A stretch of DNA of 45,312 nucleotides. Source: Bacteroidaceae bacterium (GTDB lineage: Bacteria > Bacteroidota > Bacteroidia > Bacteroidales > Bacteroidaceae). Positions 43,692 through 45,312 of the stretch are shown here, in pieces. The notes below the pieces were generated by a model. The model was not told where the DNA came from and did no database searches. It worked only from the letters and a program-made list of their open reading frames with translations. The position numbers and the translations under genes were made by a program. The stretch spans positions 1 to 45,312 of the forward strand of contig JAFOYZ010000104.1 in the NCBI GenBank assembly GCA_017424485.1. The letters run 5' to 3'. Position 1 is the stretch's first letter; every line of letters starts with the position of its first letter.

Positions 43692-44159
43692 TCATTCAGC
43701 ATCAGGAATATACATCTGCCTCCGAAACACCTCGTTAAACGAGATCAGTGTTTCGGTACGCGTTAAGCCTAGTGGCAGCAGTTTGTCATGAATCAAATCC
43801 TTCAACTCGGAATTACCCTTGACATACAACTTGATAAACAAGTCATATTTACCTGTAGTGTAATGACATTCTACGACTTCAGGTATCTGTTCCAAAGCTT
43901 CAACAACGCGGTCAAACTCTGATGGGTCTTTCAAGTAAAGACCGACGAAGGCGCATGTCTCAAGACCTATCTTTGTAGGATTAAGCTTAAATTCTGAGCC
44001 ATTGAGCACGCCCAAACTCATCATCTTTTGTATACGTTGATGAATAGCAGCTCCAGAAACATTGCATTCACGAGCAACCTCCAAGAATGGTATTCGAGCA
44101 TTAGCAGCCACCATCTTCAGAATCTGAATATCCAAAGCATCTAATTGGTAATGTCCCAT
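43692..44159 (-). CDS. Lrp/AsnC-family transcriptional regulator
   Basis: 155 aa with an N-terminal HTH (LDIQILKMVAANARIPFLEVARECNVSGAAIHQRIQKM) and a C-terminal RAM/AsnC_trans_reg domain. Confidence 0.88.
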   Translation of the reverse strand: MGHYQLDALDIQILKMVAANARIPFLEVARECNVSGAAIHQRIQKMMSLGVLNGSEFKLNPTKIGLETCAFVGLYLKDPSEFDRVVEALEQIPEVVECHYTTGKYDLFIKLYVKGNSELKDLIHDKLLPLGLTRTETLISFNEVFRRQMYIPDAE

Positions 44160-44174
44160 AACAAATGGTTTACA

Positions 44175-44210
44175 TTAAAAAAAGCGGGTTACGAACACCC
44201 GCTTTTCTTA
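44175..44210. terminator. Terminator after the exbD genes
   Basis: AGCGGGT-7 nt-ACCCGCT flanked by an A-run and a T-run. On the minus strand it is followed by TTTTTTTAATG. Confidence 0.6.
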
Positions 44211-44229
44211 TTAGTGTTAAGTAAATAAA

Positions 44230-44694
44230 TTACTGACGCTTTCCGCCTGAGTATACGATATTCAAAGCCCAAGCCTCACGCAATGCCATCTTAACATCGG
44301 TTACAACACCCATCTGGGTCTCTTCGTCGATCTTCATTGACACACGCATGAAGGGTTTGTCACGCTCAGCCATTGACTCACGCTCCTGATAGATGTATTC
44401 ACCGATAGCATCTACTTCAGCGAAGTCGTCATTGAGCTGGATACGAGTACCTGTACCCATCTTAGAGCGGAACTCCTTCGTTGGCTTACCTATATATACA
44501 TAAGACACCAACGATTTCTTCTCGAGCTTCTCAATCTCAGTACCTTTAGGAGTTGTGAACTCCACTCTCAAAGTTACCTCACGCATAGAGGTTACCATCA
44601 TGAAGAAGAACAGGATACTGAAGATCAAGTCAGGGAGTGACGAGGTATTCAGTTCAGGAACTTCCTTGCTACCATTCTTATTAAATTTTCCCAT
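44230..44694 (-). CDS. exbD: ExbD/TolR-family biopolymer transport protein
   Basis: 154 aa with one N-terminal TM helix (LPDLIFSILFFFMMVT) and a periplasmic ExbD fold. Confidence 0.8.
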   Translation of the reverse strand: MGKFNKNGSKEVPELNTSSLPDLIFSILFFFMMVTSMREVTLRVEFTTPKGTEIEKLEKKSLVSYVYIGKPTKEFRSKMGTGTRIQLNDDFAEVDAIGEYIYQERESMAERDKPFMRVSMKIDEETQMGVVTDVKMALREAWALNIVYSGGKRQ

Positions 44695-44696
44695 GA

Positions 44697-45312
44697 TTAG
44701 TTTCCTCCATATTTTTTAGGTTCTGCCTCTGAAATCTTCAGCGGATACACACCTCTGATAGCCAAAGCCTCATCTGATTCCGGATCAAGATGTCTGTAAT
44801 GTCTTCCAAACTTGCTAAGAGCCAACTCGTCACGCAGTTCGTTGTATGCAGCCATCAGTTCGTTCTGAATCTGGAAATAGATGTCATACTGTGTACTACG
44901 GTCAGTCTGCACTGAGATGATATGGTTCTTAGTTACAGGATAAACGCCCAGAATGGGAAGAGGAGGATCAGCAGGGTGGAACTCCGGCATGTTGGGTTTA
45001 TTCTCGGGATTTGAGATAAACTCCTTGGCAATCTCACGCAACTCAGAGACCTGTACACCAGCCTTTGATACACGTGATGACTCATCACCATAGTAGTACA
45101 TGATCTCGTTGTTCATATTTACCTGAACCACAAACACGTTTCTACCCTTCACCTTTACGTCATCTTCCAACTGATTAGGATCTGGTGGCGGCGGCAAACG
45201 ACGTACCAAACCGGTATCCGTATCCATTGATGTAGTAATCAAGAAGAAGATCAACAAGATGAACGAGATGTCGGCCAATGAGCTACCATTCAATCCAGGA
45301 ACTTTTCTTTTC
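44697..45312 (-). CDS. exbD: ExbD/TolR-family protein, 5' end outside the window
   Basis: The frame stays open to the window edge (..KRKVPGLNGSSLADISFILLIFFLITT). The track's start at 45293 is a TTG inside this open frame. Confidence 0.75.
   Translation of the reverse strand, partial: KRKVPGLNGSSLADISFILLIFFLITTSMDTDTGLVRRLPPPPDPNQLEDDVKVKGRNVFVVQVNMNNEIMYYYGDESSRVSKAGVQVSELREIAKEFISNPENKPNMPEFHPADPPLPILGVYPVTKNHIISVQTDRSTQYDIYFQIQNELMAAYNELRDELALSKFGRHYRHLDPESDEALAIRGVYPLKISEAEPKKYGGN

Overview
This 45.3-kb chromosomal window looks like a Bacteroidota genome, probably Prevotellaceae-like. I infer this from gene content, conserved synteny blocks, and TAnnTT(T/C)G -7 boxes 20-60 nt upstream of most transcription units. 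No database search was possible; all calls rest on motifs read from the translations and on hand alignment. Most of the window is housekeeping, largely on the minus strand: a GRP-type sugar permease with ribokinase, tRNA-Pro(GGG), aroA, a GH51-type arabinofuranosidase, ilvD and ilvB-ilvN-ilvC, an M64 peptidase, ilvE, a Leptospira-type citramalate synthase, asnS, an RluB-like pseudouridine synthase, purB, dnaG, a folE-SPOR-tpiA-(DoxX-like)-DUF1599-M23 block, dcw genes, an amidohydrolase/Zn-dehydrogenase pair, DUF349, Lrp/AsnC and two ExbD genes. The dcw cluster is fragmented: mraY-murD-ftsW and murC-ftsQ are present, but murG, murE/ftsI and ftsA/ftsZ are not at their expected positions. The only clearly accessory DNA is 31.7-35.3 kb, exactly where murG is expected. 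It holds a triple-frameshifted outer-membrane beta-barrel pseudogene and a 2.25-kb cassette bounded by 61-bp hairpin-containing inverted repeats. The cassette carries a possible small RNA, a 19-bp palindrome, four 22-bp-phased CCCTGCA(A/G)GGG iterons, an AT-rich stretch and one VapE/VirE-type P-loop NTPase gene, with no recombinase. This cassette is my best candidate for an undescribed element. Other observations are a BCAA-rich leader peptide plus attenuator upstream of ilvB, a ~60-bp promoter module shared by ilvD and ilvB, and an identical 28-bp promoter module in front of mraY and murC. There is also an in-frame low-complexity insertion in ilvD, a GGAGT/ACTCC palindromic element family with two copies, and degenerate heptanucleotide tandem arrays filling many intergenic spacers and occasionally reaching into coding sequence.
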